Source: Utricularia gibba
Lineage: Eukaryota; Plantae; Magnoliophyta
DNA length: 64,000 nt
Direction: 5' to 3'
NCBI GenBank assembly: GCA_002189035.1
Contig: CM007989.1
Span: forward strand, 1,488,001-1,552,000
Shown: in pieces, positions 36,898 to 54,267 of the stretch
Numbering within the stretch: position 1 is the stretch's first letter
Layout: each line of letters begins with the position of its first letter
Made by a program: the position numbers and the translations under genes
Notes under the pieces: model-generated
Databases searched by the model: none
What the model was told of the DNA's origin: nothing
What the model saw: the letters and a program-made list of their open reading frames with translations, nothing else

Positions 36898-38618
36898 TCA
36901 TTCCAACGACTTCTGCAAAACTTTCTTTGGCAGGGTGGAGATCATCCCTTCGGCATGCCATTTGGAGAAACCTTTCTCGAGGGCCTCCCTCATCCACACA
37001 TGTCTGCAGCACTCGATGGCTTCGGGATGGTGAGCCAGGTTCTTTCACGTTGACTCTTTTCAGGCCAAAATTCAAGCTCCTCGTTAACGTGCAGAGCGTA
37101 CATTGCTGCTCTACATAAGCCTTCTGGGCTGTATTCATCCTGATTCTGAAGGGTTTTACTCTTAAATGGATAGCATCCGAGGAAATGCTGAAACTCGGAA
37201 GGAAACAAAAATCGGGTTGCTAAGTGACAGTGTTCAAGCCAATTAAGAAAGAAGCACTGGAGGTGCATCATCAGCAGATGAATAAAAAAAAACTGGCAAT
37301 CTCCTTACAACTAAGTCTCCACGCACTCCAGCTTCTTCCACCGCTTCTCTCTCAGCGGCCTCCTCAGCTGTCTCATCGTTCTCCCATCCACCCTGCGTAC
37401 CAACGAGACAAACAACTTTATTTTTGTCTGCATTCTCAAATATATCAGGTATGCAAAATAGCAACTCAAAGCTTCCTTCAAAGCATCAAAGAAAAGCAAG
37501 ATCATTCAGGTAGTTGTCTGTCTACGAGATCCCTAGGCATTTGCATGAACTACAAGAATGAAGGCGGCCCAGATATCATACCAATCTCCTTAGCCACCAA
37601 ACAATGTCAATGTATCAGAAACCTGACTGGCGATTACTCATTCTAATCGTTTCTAAAGAGTGTAAGATAATCTACTCAGCAGTAGGTGTGCGAGCAGTAG
37701 CATCAGATATCATGAACCGAACTGCTTGAATCCCAGTACAAAGTTACAACTCTCACCTTTGGGAATACAAGGCCAGGTCCACCAACTGAATTGATCATTA
37801 GTACGACTACCTGTTTAGACTCATCACCATCATATTCTGCTGTGCTTCGATATTTAAAAGGAATACACCTGAGATATGAGAACACTGATTATAATTGGTA
37901 ACACAACACTCATTTCCAATGTTTGCGCAGGCCATTGAAGCAAAGAAAGTTCACAAAACCAGACGGAAGTATCTGTCATCTGGTTGGAGTATAAAATAAA
38001 ACTGTCAAGAAAGGACTCTGTTTCCATGAAAGAAACCTAAAGTAGCATACTTGGACAAAGGAAGGCATTTAATGTATACATCATAAGCAATCCGCATATG
38101 AAAAAGAAAATCACAAAACACGTATCCTTGATACCTTGAATGTGTGCACGACTCTGTTTTAGGATAATGGAAGAATCTAATGGGAAACCATACGCATTAT
38201 ACATCACAAACGTACGAAAAATCTGAGATATTAATTGTTTTGCTACATGCAGAAGTCAAGTAATAATCCCTTCAACTCTGTCAGCAATGCATCTTAAAAT
38301 CCAACACAAAATGTTCAATTTCTTTAACCATGCCCATTAATCCATAATACACACTAAATGAGCCACGAATTCCAATATTTCAAATTGAAAGCAAGAACTC
38401 ATCATCCCATCAGAGGAATCCCAGATACCCCCAATTATATCTTCTAAGAAAACCCAAACCAAAAACCAGATTTTATCTACACATGCGCACGGCGAAAGCC
38501 ATGTCCAAGCACACCACATCTTCATGCTATAAAGACACGAAATTTACCCAGCAATGAGACGGGTTCCATCCTCGTAACGCTGCTGATGCCGTCCTGTCCG
38601 AGCCACCAATTCAGACAT
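36898..38618 (-). CDS. Nudix hydrolase, NUDT16-like; one apparent 1-bp frameshift at 37024-37026
   Basis: MSELVARTGRHQQRYEDGTRLIAG|CIPF, GLVFPK|GGWENDETAEEAAEREAVEEAGVRG (Nudix box), YSPEGLCRAAMYAL. One base restores WLTIPEAIECCRHVWMREAL. Confidence 0.9.
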
Positions 38619-39011
38619 TTATCCAGAAACCAATACATGCACTTTAACAATCAGGATTTAGCCTCGAACCCATTTCAGGACAATCCACGAATCTAATCAA
38701 TTCCCCAAAATTTCCTTACACATTATTCTGGAAGAAACTGATAATTGGTGGGAGGTCACCTTCTGTCTCGGAGCGGCGTCTGGGGCAAATTAGGAAAAAT
38801 GAGATTAGGAAAAAAATATTAATATTGTTATTTTAATGTATGAAATATGAAATTATTTTCAAAACGTTTCATTTTTTTTAACTATACAATCCTGTCAATT
38901 CAAAAAGCAAAATTTCGGTTTGAAATTAGTAATTTTAAAATATGGAAAATATAACGTAAAATTGAACATTATGATTTATGACGTAAATTATGAATTTTTG
39001 GAACAAACACC

Positions 39012-39059
39012 GAACATTCTCGAAGGAACCTGTGTTCCAAGATGCGGAACTTTCTCGAA
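39012..39059. promoter_or_regulatory. Two perfect heat-shock elements upstream of the NUDT16-like gene
   Basis: GAAcaTTCtcGAA at 39012-39024 and GAActTTCtcGAA at 39047-39059. Confidence 0.65.
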
Positions 39060-39504
39060 GGACCTGGCTTATTAATTTGGTAGGGTTCTCTCTGTCCCCT
39101 ACGACATAGCCAGTACGCTAGAATGATTCCTTTTTTTTTCTTTCCAATTTTTAAAAAGAATTATAAATTATAAAAATGAGTGTAAAATTAATTTTATAAA
39201 ATAATATAAAAGTATATTATAAAATATAATAAATTAAATTATTATATAATTTAATATAAATATATAAATATATTTTTAAAATATATAAAATTACAAACTT
39301 TTATTTAATCTATAAAATAAAAATTTAAAAAAATCAATAAATTTTTTAAATTAATCTTAAAATTCAACAACAGCCACAAGTAAGCTAAGAATGACGATCA
39401 ATGGGTTGCTGTATTTACATGATTCTACAAAGAAAGGAACGGATCAGAAGGGGAATCCCATGACTCCGACCGCAGACCAAACTTAATCGCCGACGGCGGC
39501 GGGC

Positions 39505-39800
39505 CTAAGCGGAGCAGCACGCGACATTGGTCAAGCGCGGTGGCGCAAAGGCGAGGAAAAGGAGCGAGGCCATGATAGCGACGGGCACAAGTAATAGGAG
39601 GAGCGGCGGCGGCGGCGGGAGCGAGGGAGGAGGGGCGGCAGGAAGAGCAGCGAGAGCGCCAGGGAGGCCATCAAGAGCACCCAGAAACAGACGTTGCCGT
39701 GGTGGCTCGCCATATCCGTCGGCCGGCTGCGGTGCTGGACTTCTTCTGTGTCGTGGTGTGACTGGAGTTGCAGTGCGCCGCCGCTATATATACGCATCAT
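39505..39800 (-). CDS. ARGOS/ORGAN SIZE RELATED (OSR) family protein; one apparent 1-bp frameshift near 39623
   Basis: LLMASLALSLLFLPPLL followed, after one restored base, by PPLPPPPPLLLLLVPVAIMASLLFLAFAPP, the TM1-Pro-TM2 OSR domain (296+1 nt = 99 codons). Confidence 0.85.
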
Positions 39801-40730
39801 GTGCCGTCCACACAGACCAAATTCCATCTTCAAGTTGATCTTCTGCAATCATTTTTTTAATCATGAATTGGCCTCATGTGATGAGTTCTATTGGAGCAGT
39901 TCTGAACCCAGACCCAATTCTAATCCAGATGTATTAAAAAATTGAATACTGTTTTAATGTATTAAAAAAGCTATCATGTCATATTTAAAAATTTTGATCA
40001 TAGATCATTTTTCTAAATGAACCATTTTAATTCACACTAAATTATAACTGTTTTTTTTTTCTAAATCAGGGATAAAAAGGTTGAAAAATCAACCTTTCTT
40101 CTCTATCTGTTTTTAAAAGTGTGTGTGTGTATTGGGATTATTCGATTCAATCATACAAATCTATTAAAACCAATTCAATAATTTTTAATCATACTTTAAA
40201 AGATTGAGTTCAATTTGAAATTAAATTTGACTGAATGTATATTCATGATTGAATTTGGGGATGAGATTCAAAAGCAACATTTTTTTATTTTTTATTTTTG
40301 ATTTGTTGAGATAAGATGAGAATGAGAGTGGCCGACTGGGGACCACACCGACACTCCATACCAGGACAAGACACGATTTTATAATAAATGATTAAAAGGA
40401 ATTTCTCCCCTGGAATTTAAAATGAGGGGTAAATAAGTCAAATAATTAAAGTTGGGTAATTGTGTAATTTCAGTATAGTGTTTTTTGGGCCGGGCCGAAA
40501 GCATTTTCTTTTTTTGTTTATTTTGTACAAAATATTATCTATCCATCACTCCTAGCAGTAGGACAGTTCCAAGCTTCCGTTTTCATGGCGCTCTTCTGTA
40601 CAATGAACTAGCCAGTCACTGATTCACTGCTTCCAAGGAAATGGGCTTAAGCAGTTTTTGAGTAGATGTTCGTTGTCTAGTTTTTGCCAGTCAGTAAATA
40701 TTTACTTGAAGTATTTATTCCCCTTGCGCC

Positions 40731-43224
40731 ATGGCCGCAGCCGCGATATGGCCCATCGGCCTTCGCTATGGTGTCAAGAACATCCAGCCGTCTCCACCTC
40801 CAAAACACATTCGGTAAAGTTGCCGAGTCGACAGTACCTGTTTCTGTTGGATTCGAATTTTTTGTGTAGATTCCTCTGTTCTTTCTGAATATGGTAGGAC
40901 TTTCAACCTCATTCACACGAATCCCTTTGATTTTGCTAAATTGTGTTGAATAGTAGAATTTCTTGGGAAGTTATGATCCTTTGGGAACCGGTGAATGTGC
41001 TTCTGGGTTTACTTAGAACCCGGTAGCAGTTCAAGAATATGAATTGATCGATTAATTAAACTCTCGTGAGTGTTTTAAACTTTGCCACCAAATGAATTAA
41101 TGCATGGCTTGTTGATGCACTCATGATTCTTGTTTCATCGATACTCCTTTTTGTGTTTTGAAGGCCGTTCTGCCAGAGAATGTACTTCAATAGTACATCT
41201 CTAAAGCACTTAGGCTGTGTAACAGAGAACCGAAGGGTATTCTTGAGGTGTGCATCCGAAGATGCTGCTCATACAGATGAAGTCATAGGTGGAACCACAC
41301 CTAAAGGAATTTTAGTGTGGAGAGCCATCAAATTGCCTATGTATACCGTTGCATTGATTCCTTTAACGGTTAGTCATCAAGTCAGGAACTTTTGGAGATA
41401 CTGCTATGTTAACATCTTGAATTGGAATCTATGCAACAAAATTTGATGCCGAAGTTTTTTTTTTTTTTCTGACGTAAAATCTGCAGATAGACTAGTGTCA
41501 TGTAGGCTGAAGCTAAACATTTAAGCTGAATTACATTGGCTTGTTTGCTTGTGTTATAACTATTGATCCATCAAACAGGTAGGCAGTGCAGCAGCTTATT
41601 GGCAGATGGGGCAATTCTTTGGAAAACGTTTCCTGATCCTATTGGTTTCTTCAGTTCTTGTCATAGCTTGGGTCAACCTAAGGTTAGCAAGCCAAGTTTC
41701 ACATGCAATGTAAATTTTAGGATGCATTCTTTTCATGAGTGTTCTTGTTGATGGCTTCAAGATCCATTCATGGACAGCAACGATGTCTACGATTTTGATA
41801 CGGGAGCAGATCGGAATAAGAAAGAATCTGTCGTTAATCTATCTGGAGGGTGAGAAATCTGTGTAAATGGATATTATCTCCATTTCTGTTACGTTATTCA
41901 TGTTGCAGCACATAGCGGCATTTTCCTGAAATTAAGTTTAAATTTTGCAAAACTGGTTTTTTGAAGTCGAACAGGGCCATTCGTTGCAGCTTGGTTGCTA
42001 CTTGCAATTGGATTCGGTGGCCTTGGCTTTGTGGCTGCTGAGGCTCAAAGCCGTCTTTCTATACTTCTCCTTTCTTGCTCCATACTCTGTGGCTATGTTT
42101 ATCAGGTATTCTCGATTGCGTTTTGACTTGAAGATCTTATCAACTGATGTATGATTCCATGGATGCTGCCTTCCTTCAATTGTGGCAGTGTCCACCTTTT
42201 CGTTTGAGTTACCTTGGATTGGGAGAGCCCTTATGCTTTGCTGCATTCGGGCCATTCGCCACCACTGCATTTTACATGCTTCAGTCTGGAATGAGGTTCC
42301 GACATATCATTTTCTTCAGTTAACCCCAAAACTTGATGTTAATTCCCCTGATTCATTCTGCTCTGTTAGCAGGGAGGTTCCTGTTTCTAGCACCATCGTC
42401 TCTTCATCATTTCTCGTCGGTTTAACAACAACTCTGATCCTCTTCTGTAGTCATTTTCACCAGGTTGCTGCCCTAACTTATCCCTTTGTATTACTTCAAA
42501 GAATCAGGCTTTTTGAACTGTAACTCACTTGTCATTTAACTGACAACTTCTTCAGATAGATGATGACAAGGCCGTCGGGAAAAACTCTCCCCTGGTAAGT
42601 GCAGTGACAGGAAAAATGTACTTAAAACCAATTTAAAAAACCTACATTCATTATTGGACCAGGTAAGGCTTGGAACTGAAAGAGGTGCTCAAATTGTGAA
42701 AGTTGCTGTTGGAGCCCTGTATTCTCCTCTATTGTTCCTTGGGCTCAGCCAAGCTCTTCCCATCCTATCCATTGTAAGGACCCTTCTTCCCATTCTCAAC
42801 TCTGAATTCCAAAAATTGCCAAATTACAGCAGGGTTCGCTATAGTCCTTCAACACTAAATAAGCATTGGCCTGCCTCAGGTTCTGTGTTCGTTAACACTT
42901 CCTGTTGGGATATCAGTTGTCAACTTTGTACAAGAAAATCACAAGGTTAGTAAGAGTTTAAACTTGCTTCTGTGCAATAAGCAAGCCCTTTCATCTCTTG
43001 CATCCTTCTTTTGATCTTGAAAATTGGCACAAATGATTGAAATGCAATAGGTGTCTCGTTGTATTGACGTTCTCATGCTCACAATGCAGGACAAGGAAAA
43101 GATCTTCAAGGCCAAATACTTCTGCGTAAGATTGCACACCATTTTTGGAGCTGCATTGGCTGCGGGCCTTGTGGCTGCCAGGCTCTTTGCAAGAAAGAAA
43201 CTTCCTCATGCCATTGTTCTGTAG
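40731..43224 (+). CDS. ABC4: 1,4-dihydroxy-2-naphthoate phytyltransferase (phylloquinone biosynthesis, UbiA family), multi-exon
   Basis: LVWRAIKLPMYTVALIPLT, SNDVYDFDTGADRNKKESVVN, CPPFRLSYLGLGEPLCF, LILFCSHFHQ|IDDDKAVGK, KIFKAKYFCVRLH; the exons I traced are in frame. Confidence 0.93.
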
Positions 43225-44068
43225 GATACTGAAAAGAATGTACACGAATATTCGAGATTATTGAATTTGTATATTCTTTTTATCACACAGTATACTAATT
43301 ACTTCCAATGAACCTGCAGAATGCAGGCGTTCATGCTAGAAGCAAAACCTTAGATCAGACTTACTAATGACAGTTTAACTTTCATTAAGTAGCTACTAAA
43401 TTCCTTATTGACTGTTGGATTGTTACACTGAATCAAACGTTACATACAGCAGTAATATTACACGCGAAGTTCCATTCTCTTGGTTTCCAAATGTCCAAAC
43501 GAAGGAGATCCATTTCAGACACTTAGGAAAAGGTTTGTCTGAAATTGTTTTTTTTTTTCTCTTAGGCTCGAAAAGTTGATTTCCTTTTGGCTTTGTCAAA
43601 GACCTGCTTTCTTCGTTTTAGCGAATCCAGACCCTCTTTTAGATAAGTTTGCCGAATCTAAATCACGATATATTATTCTTTTCACATCGATTTGTTAACA
43701 GGATAACTTGAACTAGTCGCTCTGGTTTCAGATCATTGTTTTCCAACATAATAACAAGCCAGCACAGGTGTCCTCTCCCTGTTGTATGTGCAATTCTCCA
43801 CCCAAAATGGTAATAAGGAATTATGCACCATTAAGGCCAGGGAAAGTACTACACTGCCAATTCCATTCGTCGATGCCCATTTGATTTGGGTGAGCGATTA
43901 TATCTTTTTCATGTTGGAATGCAGAAACGGATTGGTCACACACGTAAAATGAACTCAATTATATGAGTTGGCAATGTATTTTGCTTTAATTTTTAGTACT
44001 ACTAGCGTTGATGGAGGTGAGGGGGGCTCTATATAAGCAGCACCTTGGCCGAGTTCAAGTTAAGGAAC

Positions 44069-46423
44069 ATGGCATTCACTGATCTTCTCTGGGGTCTTCT
44101 ACTTGTTGCTGAAGGTGAGTTAACTCCCCTTTTTTTATCATTTCTACCCTTTTGATCACAATCGGTCGGAGTTTATGCATCTTTCTTTAGTCTAGTGATT
44201 ACTACAACTTAATGTCTTAGTTTCAGCTCATGCTCTTGCATCCACCGGATCCCCGTACGACTACTCTGCAACGGTGGAGGTAACAAATATGAACACCACA
44301 ACCTTCTCTGGAACGTTAGACAGAAGTCAATTGATAAGTGTGCCTGCTTTGATTCAAGTGCCTGGGCGAGCCCTTGCTGCCTCAGTACGACGGAGGTATG
44401 ATCCAGAATGCCGGTTTCGAGGAGGAGTTGGGCGACGAATGGGTTGCATACGGACAAGGCAAGGTCGAGACCAGGAAGTCGACTACCGGAAACACGTACA
44501 TTGCGGCGTATGATCGAGTTTTTTCATCCGATAGCTTCGGTCTCAGCTTCCACATTCAAAAGGATTTACTCTACACATTCTCAGGTTACACAAAATACCC
44601 TCCTTTTAAATCCAACCCCTCTCAGATCCACATTTGCAATCTGTCAAACCATCTGATGTCTGTTCCTGGCCTCAGCATGGCTGCAGCTGGACATGGGTGA
44701 GCAAGTCGTTTCGGGTTACGTCGGAAACTTCACCCACAAGACGATCATCGGTACCGTCGACGCAAAGGCAGGTTGCTGGACGATGATGAAGGGAGGGTTC
44801 TCACCGGAATACGATTCCGACGCTTTGCTCTTCTTCAAGGTACAAACCCTAAAACTAAACACATGGATGATATAATATAATATAATTATTTTTTTTAAAA
44901 AATTACATATTAAGAAGATCTTTTGGGTGGGGCCCATTTAGACCAAAAACGCTTCCTCTGAAATATGGATGGATAATATCTCCCTCAAATCCTTCACATC
45001 CAACGAATGGAGAGATCAACAAGACCAGAACATCGTACAGGTCCGTTGCAATGTTTTTTTTTTTTTTTGCACGATTTTTTTTAAAGGGTTTTACTTTTCC
45101 CTTTCTTGGGGGGTTTTTGAATTGAAAATTTTAATCTAAAAATGGGAGGGGGGTTACTTGGGGGCAGGTTAGGAAGAGGAGACTCAGGATCCACGTGACA
45201 TACAACGGGGAGAAGGTGGAAGGAGCCACCGTGAGGATTGATCAGACGCGGCCGCATTTCACCATCGGCGGGGCAACGACGGCGGCGATCCTCACCAACA
45301 AAGCATACGAAGAATGGCTTACTACCCGTTTCTCTGCCGTTACTTTCGACAATGAAATGAAATGGTACTTCACCCAACCATCCCCAGGGGAGGAGAATTT
45401 CACCGTTCCAGACGCCATGGTTGAGCTCTTCAAAAGACACGGGATCGGAATCAGAGGGCATAATATTCTCTGGAACTCACCGAATGTCACTCAGTTCTGG
45501 GTGAAGATTCTTCCCGAGGATGAGATCCTGAAATCCGCCTTCTCGCACATGGTTTCGTTGATCCGGAGATACTCCGGCGAGGTTATTGCCTGGGATGTTT
45601 TGAACGAGAATATTCACTTCGATTTCTACGACAGAATCCTCGGTCCCAACGCCTCCGCCATGATTTATCAGATCGCCCATGCTCTGGATCCGGATACGCC
45701 CCTTTTTCTCAACGAATTCAACACTCTGGAGTGCCCTATCGATTGGACTTCTACGCCGCACAGGTATGTGGAGAAGATAATGCAGATCCGATCATTTCCT
45801 GGAAACGGGAATCTTGACCTGAAAATCGGAATCGAGGGACATTTTCTTCTGAAACCCAACGTTTCGCATATGCGAGCGTCGCTGGACATCCTCGCCGCCG
45901 CAAACGCCTCAATTTGGATCACAGAGCTCGATACCCGACCCGGACCGAATCAGGTCTGCTTTTGCCGATTTGGTTTAGGATTCACGACCTAATAGGCGAT
46001 ACAAACAACAACCATTGATTTCAGGCGGCGGAATTGGAAGACGTGATGAGAGAAGCATTTTCGCACCCCGCCGTGGAAGGCATCATCGTTTGGGGAGGAT
46101 GGAAGCCGACGAACTGCGACGCTGAATGCTTGAACGCAAAGAGGGTTAACGAGACGGCGGAGGGAACCAAGTGTGCGACGATGTGTTTGATTAACGAAAA
46201 CGTGGAGAACCTGCCTCCGGGAGACGTCATCGATAAGCTGATCGGAGAATGGAAGACGGTGAACGCGACGGGGGTGACGGACACCGACGGCGTTTACGAG
46301 CAAAGCGTGTTCATGGGAGAGTACAACATCACGTGCTCGCATCCCCTTATATCCGGGCTCGCAACTCAGACTGTTAATGTCGCCGGAGATTCCTTTCCCA
46401 AGGACGTGGAGATTCCCTTCTAG
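44069..46423 (+). CDS. Secreted GH10 endo-1,4-beta-xylanase with an N-terminal carbohydrate-binding module (XYN5-like), 7 exons
   Basis: Signal peptide, YDYSATVE|CLGEPLLPQYDGG, FDNEMKWY, IRGHNILW, catalytic WDVLNENIH and IWITELD, MREAFSHPAVEGII. TATATAA at 44030. Confidence 0.92.
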
Positions 46424-46634
46424 AAAAAAGAGATTCTCTACGTTTTTATTTTAAAAATTTTACATATTACAAATTAAAACTACCCTGATTTTTTTTTCAT
46501 TTTGAATAAATTAATAATCAAATTGTGATATAAATTTGAATTACAAATTAATAAAAATATTTTGCGCAACGGTGGCTTTATGGTTTAGGTTTTTATATAA
46601 TACTAACGGCTCTTTCCAGAAGGCGCGAGTAGAA

Positions 46635-50685
<4,051 letters not shown>

Positions 50686-51121
50686 ACTGTAAAGAAAGTG
50701 GTTGTGGATCAGCCCATGGTTTTTAATTTTATTATATTATCTTGTGTCAATGCCCATAATCCACTTACGGCATGGGAACCCACACCAGCCAACTGGCGGG
50801 GCCAACCGGCAGCAGTTTCTTTGAACTTTCCGGCGGCGAGAACTCTCCGCATCAGCGCATATTCGTGGAGTTTCGTGCGCTTTCTCCTTTTCCGGCGCCG
50901 CCCAACTTTCAACTCTTTACCACGTTGTTTCCTCCTCTCTGCTCTGTTTGTAGAGAACATGTACTTTTCTTTTCTTCTCCTTGACTAAGAGAATACCAAT
51001 TGGCTGACCCCCAAGAAGAAAAAGAGAATACCAATTGAAACATGATGATCACACGGCATCGCCTGTTTATATAAGTAGGGTGGCAGTGATCAAATCTTGG
51101 GGAGTCTCCTGGGAGTCTACG

Positions 51122-53347
51122 ATGGCGTCTATTAACAACTTTTGCTCATTGAGAACTTCTGCTGCAAGTTCTCGGTGAGAATGATTATCATCTTTTTTTT
51201 GGCTATTGAGAATGTAGATGCATTGCTTGCTGATTCTTTAGCTTTTTAGATGGCGAAAGATTGGTTCCTTTTGCATGTCCAGAAATTCTAGATGAGTATT
51301 AAGATCCTCCATATACATGATGAAATTTTGATGATTTTGTTCTTTGGATGGTTGAGAAATACTGCAATCTGTATTCGTTCTAATCATTTTTTTGTGGGGG
51401 TGCAACAGGAATCTCTGTGTGGTTAAAAATCACATTGGGAGGGTCAAGTCAATTCCATTCTCTTTTGGAGGCAGCCATGTCCCTGTTCCATCAAGAGTAG
51501 GATTGTGGCAAGTGCTGCACTAGCTGGAGCGGATCTGCAGCCCAATTCTATGTTATTAAATGTTTTTGCAGAAGAAAATAGTGATGAAATGGACTTAGAC
51601 ACTCCAACAGAAGGATTCTCATCGGTTTCTGAGGCAATCGAAGACATTCGTGCAGGGAAGGTGTGCCCCACGTACTGTTGCCAAACTCTGTCAAAAAATT
51701 CCTTACCATGGATTTTGCAACTGTCTTGATTGCCGGGTGAACCAGTGATTCTTGTTCATAAACTGTTTCAACTGTCACTTATTGTTATGTATAATGCTGC
51801 AGATAGTGGTAGTTGTAGATGATGAGGATCGAGAGAATGAAGGTGATCTCATAATGGCTGCATCCAAAGTTACTCCGGAATCTATGGCGTTCTTCGTGAG
51901 GCATGGGACAGGAATCGTTTGTGTTAGCATGAAAGAAGAGGATATAGAGAGGCTTCAGCTTCCCATGATGGTAAAAAACAAAGAAAATGAGGATAAGTTC
52001 CGCACCGCTTTCACAGTTTCAGTGGTGAGCTATTCAGGATTAAAATATTTCCTGCTGAACTTTCTTCTTCAGATCAACAATTTATGGTTGAGATACAACT
52101 GCAGGATGCAAAACATGGTACAACAACTGGTGTTTCAGCACACGACAGAGCAACTACAGTTTTGGCCCTTGCATCCAAGAGTTCTGAGCCAAAGGATTTT
52201 GTGCGGCCAGGACACATGTTTCCTTTGAAGTACAGAGAGGGGGTGTTCTAAAAAGAGCCGGCCACACAGAAGCTGCAGTAGACCTGGCTGTGCTTGCAGG
52301 GCTAACACCAGCCGGAGTTTTGTGTGAAATTGTCGATGATGATGGTTCAATGGCAAGGCTATCTAAGCTTCAACAGTTTGTCCGGCAAGAAAGCATGAAA
52401 ATCATATCTATTGCCGACTTGATAAGGTAGCTTCATCATCCTGATATAAAACCAGTTTACTGAGATGAGCCACTTCCTGTTTCTGCACCTCAAATTGGAG
52501 CTAGAAAATGTTTTGATGGCTTGCAGATACCGGAGAAAGAGGGAAAGATTAATCGAACATGTATCCACTGCTCGTATTCCGACAAAGTGGGGGCCGTTCA
52601 TGGCTCATTGTTACAAGTCAGTTTTGGACAACATTGAACATATAGCAATGGTGAAGGTCAGTGATACTTGTTAGTTTGTCTCTTCCATATTGGTTACATT
52701 TCCTCTAACCCTTCAAATGTGTTGTTATTTCACTGATGAATGACTTGAAAACAGGGCGATATTGGTGATGGACGAGACATTCTTGTTAGAGTTCACTCTG
52801 AGTGTCTCACAGGAGACATATTTGGATCAGGTAGGTGCGACTGCGGAAACCAGTTGGCGCTTTCCATGCAGAAACTCCAGGATGCAGGCCGTGGAGTTGT
52901 AGTCTACCTCCGCGGCCACGAGGGAAGAGGGATCGGATTAGGCCACAAACTCCGTGCCTACAACCTGCAAGACGATGGCCGTGACACCATCGAAGCAAAC
53001 GAGGAACTGGGCTTGCCCATCGATTCCAGAGAATACGGAATTGGAGCACAGGCACCCCCTCACACCCTGATATGAAATTACTGTGCAACAAGCGAGTAGG
53101 CATCTGTCTTACTTTACATCCTGTGTTGCAGATTCTGAGGGATCTGGGAGTTCAAACCATGAAGCTGATGACAAACAACCCCGCCAAATACAGAGGCCTC
53201 AAGGGCTATGGCTTGAAGATCAAAGGCCGAGTACCGCTCATTACTCCGATCACCCCTGCCAACAGGCGGTATATTGAGACCAAACGCATCAGAATGGGAC
53301 ACATTTACGATACAAACACCGATATTCCTCAGACACATAGCTCATGA
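51122..53347 (+). CDS. RIBA1: Bifunctional DHBP synthase / GTP cyclohydrolase II (riboflavin biosynthesis), plastidial; apparent 1-bp frameshift at 52239-52243
   Basis: [36 protein letters not shown](G)[35 protein letters not shown] (three Zn cysteines intact), [17 protein letters not shown]. Confidence 0.93.
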
Positions 53348-54033
53348 AACGCCTCCATTCATGAGATGACACACATTTCTTATTTGAAGTGATTCTTTTT
53401 CACACCCCCAGTGCTTATGCTCCCTCGAAGAGCAGAGCCCATTCATGCTGAAAGGAGGAAGCAGGTGTTCTTCTATCGTCTGGTACATTGTACTGCAGTT
53501 TTTCTTGGATACAATGGGGATTTGAGAGTACACATGACATGGTGTCTAATTTCATGCAGTACAGTTGGGGTGTACGTCTACTCAGTGAGCATCATGGCGT
53601 GCGAGTTTTCATCATATTACGTGAATTTACACGAAATTGGATAGATGTCGGGACTCTATTCTCGCACCCCCGCAACAAAAGTCAACTCCCCTAAAAGAAA
53701 AAAGGACAAAATGTCAAACGCGAATCTGGACACCCACCGACACTGCGTGGAAAATAAACTACTAAAATAAATAAAAATACTCAGATTCCCTTTGCGTGCT
53801 TAGAAATATTTAAAACATTAACCTGGATCATTGTTGTTGTTTCAAAATCCAATTCAATTTTTTTATAAAAATTAAATTATAAAGTGAATTAATTAGAATT
53901 AAGTTCTAAAAATTCAACTCACCAATCATTTTTCAACGTGTGCCTGCTTCCGGCCTATAAATAATGGCCGGGGGATCAAAAGCCTCTCTCGTGTCTGAAA
54001 TCCAATCGGAAATCGAGGTGTGGAGTAAGTTCG

Positions 54034-54267
54034 ATGGCGAGAAGCGGGCACGCATCGGTCGTAATACTTGCAATCCTCATCGGACTGGCGGCCGCGGCCG
54101 GCCACGAAATGGGTTCTCCGTCTATGAGTCCCATGCCTCCTATGCCTATGCCTATGCCTATGCCGCCCCCGCCGCCCCCTCCGTCTGGCAGCCCTGCTGC
54201 TACCGGAGTCGGGGTTTCGATCGCGGCAGGCATCGTCATCGCATTCGCGGCGGCGCTGATGGCCTGA
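54034..54267 (+). CDS. Small secreted, probably GPI-anchored arabinogalactan-peptide-like protein with a Met-Pro repeat
   Basis: 77-aa intronless ORF with a signal peptide, GHEMGSPSMSPMPPMPMPMPMPPPPPPPSGS core and hydrophobic C-terminal tail. TATAAAT at 53956. Confidence 0.8.
   Translation: MARSGHASVVILAILIGLAAAAGHEMGSPSMSPMPPMPMPMPMPPPPPPPSGSPAATGVGVSIAAGIVIAFAAALMA
54139..54162 (+). repeat. (CCTATG)4 coding microsatellite producing the Pro-Met repeat
   Basis: Read directly in the ORF at 54034-54267. Confidence 0.9.

Noticed and set aside
50988-51037. 16-bp direct repeat (aagagaataccaattg) in the RIBA1 leader region
   Set aside because: Only 18 bp apart with no terminal inverted repeats; too little to call a transposon footprint.
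51409-51505. Possible extra frameshift in the RIBA1 transit-peptide exon (GG at 51500-51501)
   Set aside because: The frame can also be restored by an alternative acceptor (TAG at 51498-51500), and the transit peptide is too poorly conserved to decide, so it is not counted among the ten.
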